Shown: one piece after another, positions 63,878 through 64,000 of the stretch
Layout of the letters: each line of letters opens with the position of its first letter
How positions within the stretch are numbered: position 1 is the first letter of the stretch
IMG/VR virus record: IMGVR_UViG_3300044645_002359
Span: 22,355 to 86,354 of that record
Direction: 5' to 3' (one strand)
Source: a virus
Length of the DNA: 64,000 nucleotides
Position numbers and translations under genes: made by a program
Notes under the pieces: generated by a model
Databases searched by the model: none
What the model was told of the DNA's origin: nothing
The model's input: the letters and a program-made list of their open reading frames with translations, nothing else

Positions 63878-64000
63878 TGTGTGCTTTATTCGGATGTGAC
63901 CTAGAAGAAGTCACGCAAAACAACATCCAAACAATACAACGCATTGCTCTTGAATCACAGGTCAGAGGCAAACATGCTACTGGCATCTCCTACATTGGAA
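63877..64000 (+). CDS. class-II (Ntn) glutamine amidotransferase domain, asparagine-synthetase-like (partial; runs off the window)
   Basis: The MCALFGC N-terminus carries the catalytic Cys2 and an RGKHATGIS motif. Confidence 0.45.
   Translation, partial: MCALFGCDLEEVTQNNIQTIQRIALESQVRGKHATGISYIG

Noticed and set aside
1-64000. CRISPR arrays, integrase or attachment sites, structural or replication genes
   Set aside because: No regularly spaced direct repeats were seen. No tyrosine- or serine-recombinase motifs, no capsid, terminase or portal genes, and no DNA polymerase signatures are recognisable in this window. The window appears to be an early or accessory region.

Overview
This window reads as a 64-kb stretch of a virulent, double-stranded DNA bacteriophage genome. 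More than 120 tightly packed ORFs are co-oriented on the + strand and often overlap as ATGA or GTGA. The single exception is a − strand free-standing homing endonuclease. No integrase, structural genes or replication polymerase are visible. A roughly 65-bp cassette recurs about 20 times: a GC-rich CGGTAAACCGAAC…GTTCGG hairpin, a sigma70-like -35 TTGTTT, a covarying palindromic 17-bp spacer, and a -10 TATGAT or TATAGT. In most copies the downstream ATG sits 6-7 nt after the -10, which implies leaderless mRNAs. The cassette is analogous to the T4 promoter-early stem-loop (PeSL) cassettes. The gene content is dominated by counter-defence and nucleic-acid repair or modification functions:
- an adjacent PRPP-synthetase-like plus NAMPT-like pair, which is a candidate NAD-reconstitution pathway (NARP1: Adps plus Namat);
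- a NADAR domain, a macro domain, an ADP-ribosyl-glycohydrolase and two NMNAT-like nucleotidyltransferases;
- a 530-aa ADP-ribosyltransferase-like protein whose N-terminal module (…DFTRCVRADGT.YG..GKC…) is shared with two otherwise unrelated proteins;
- an RNA-repair set: a T4 Rnl1-like ligase fractured by a split intein with an opposite-strand endonuclease in the gap, a second KxDG RNA ligase, a Pnk-type P-loop kinase, a HAD phosphatase, and three paralogous PPP-family phosphoesterases;
- tRNA-Arg, tRNA-Ser and a type-II-like tRNA, plus a cluster of non-canonical tRNA-like genes carrying 45-85-nt inserts next to a DUF2828/vWA gene (a TROVE-plus-vWA layout like Ro60);
- a tandem-duplicated two-domain 2OG-Fe(II) dioxygenase module, fused in one copy and split in the other, followed by an ATP-grasp protein and a class-II amidotransferase, with thymidylate kinase nearby, suggesting DNA hypermodification;
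- a lambda-R-like GH104 transglycosylase plus an RlpA-like protein as lysis genes;
- a phage-encoded SLH-domain beta-barrel outer-membrane protein, which hints at a cyanobacterial host.
Two apparent frameshifts and one in-frame TAA may be sequencing errors or real recoding.
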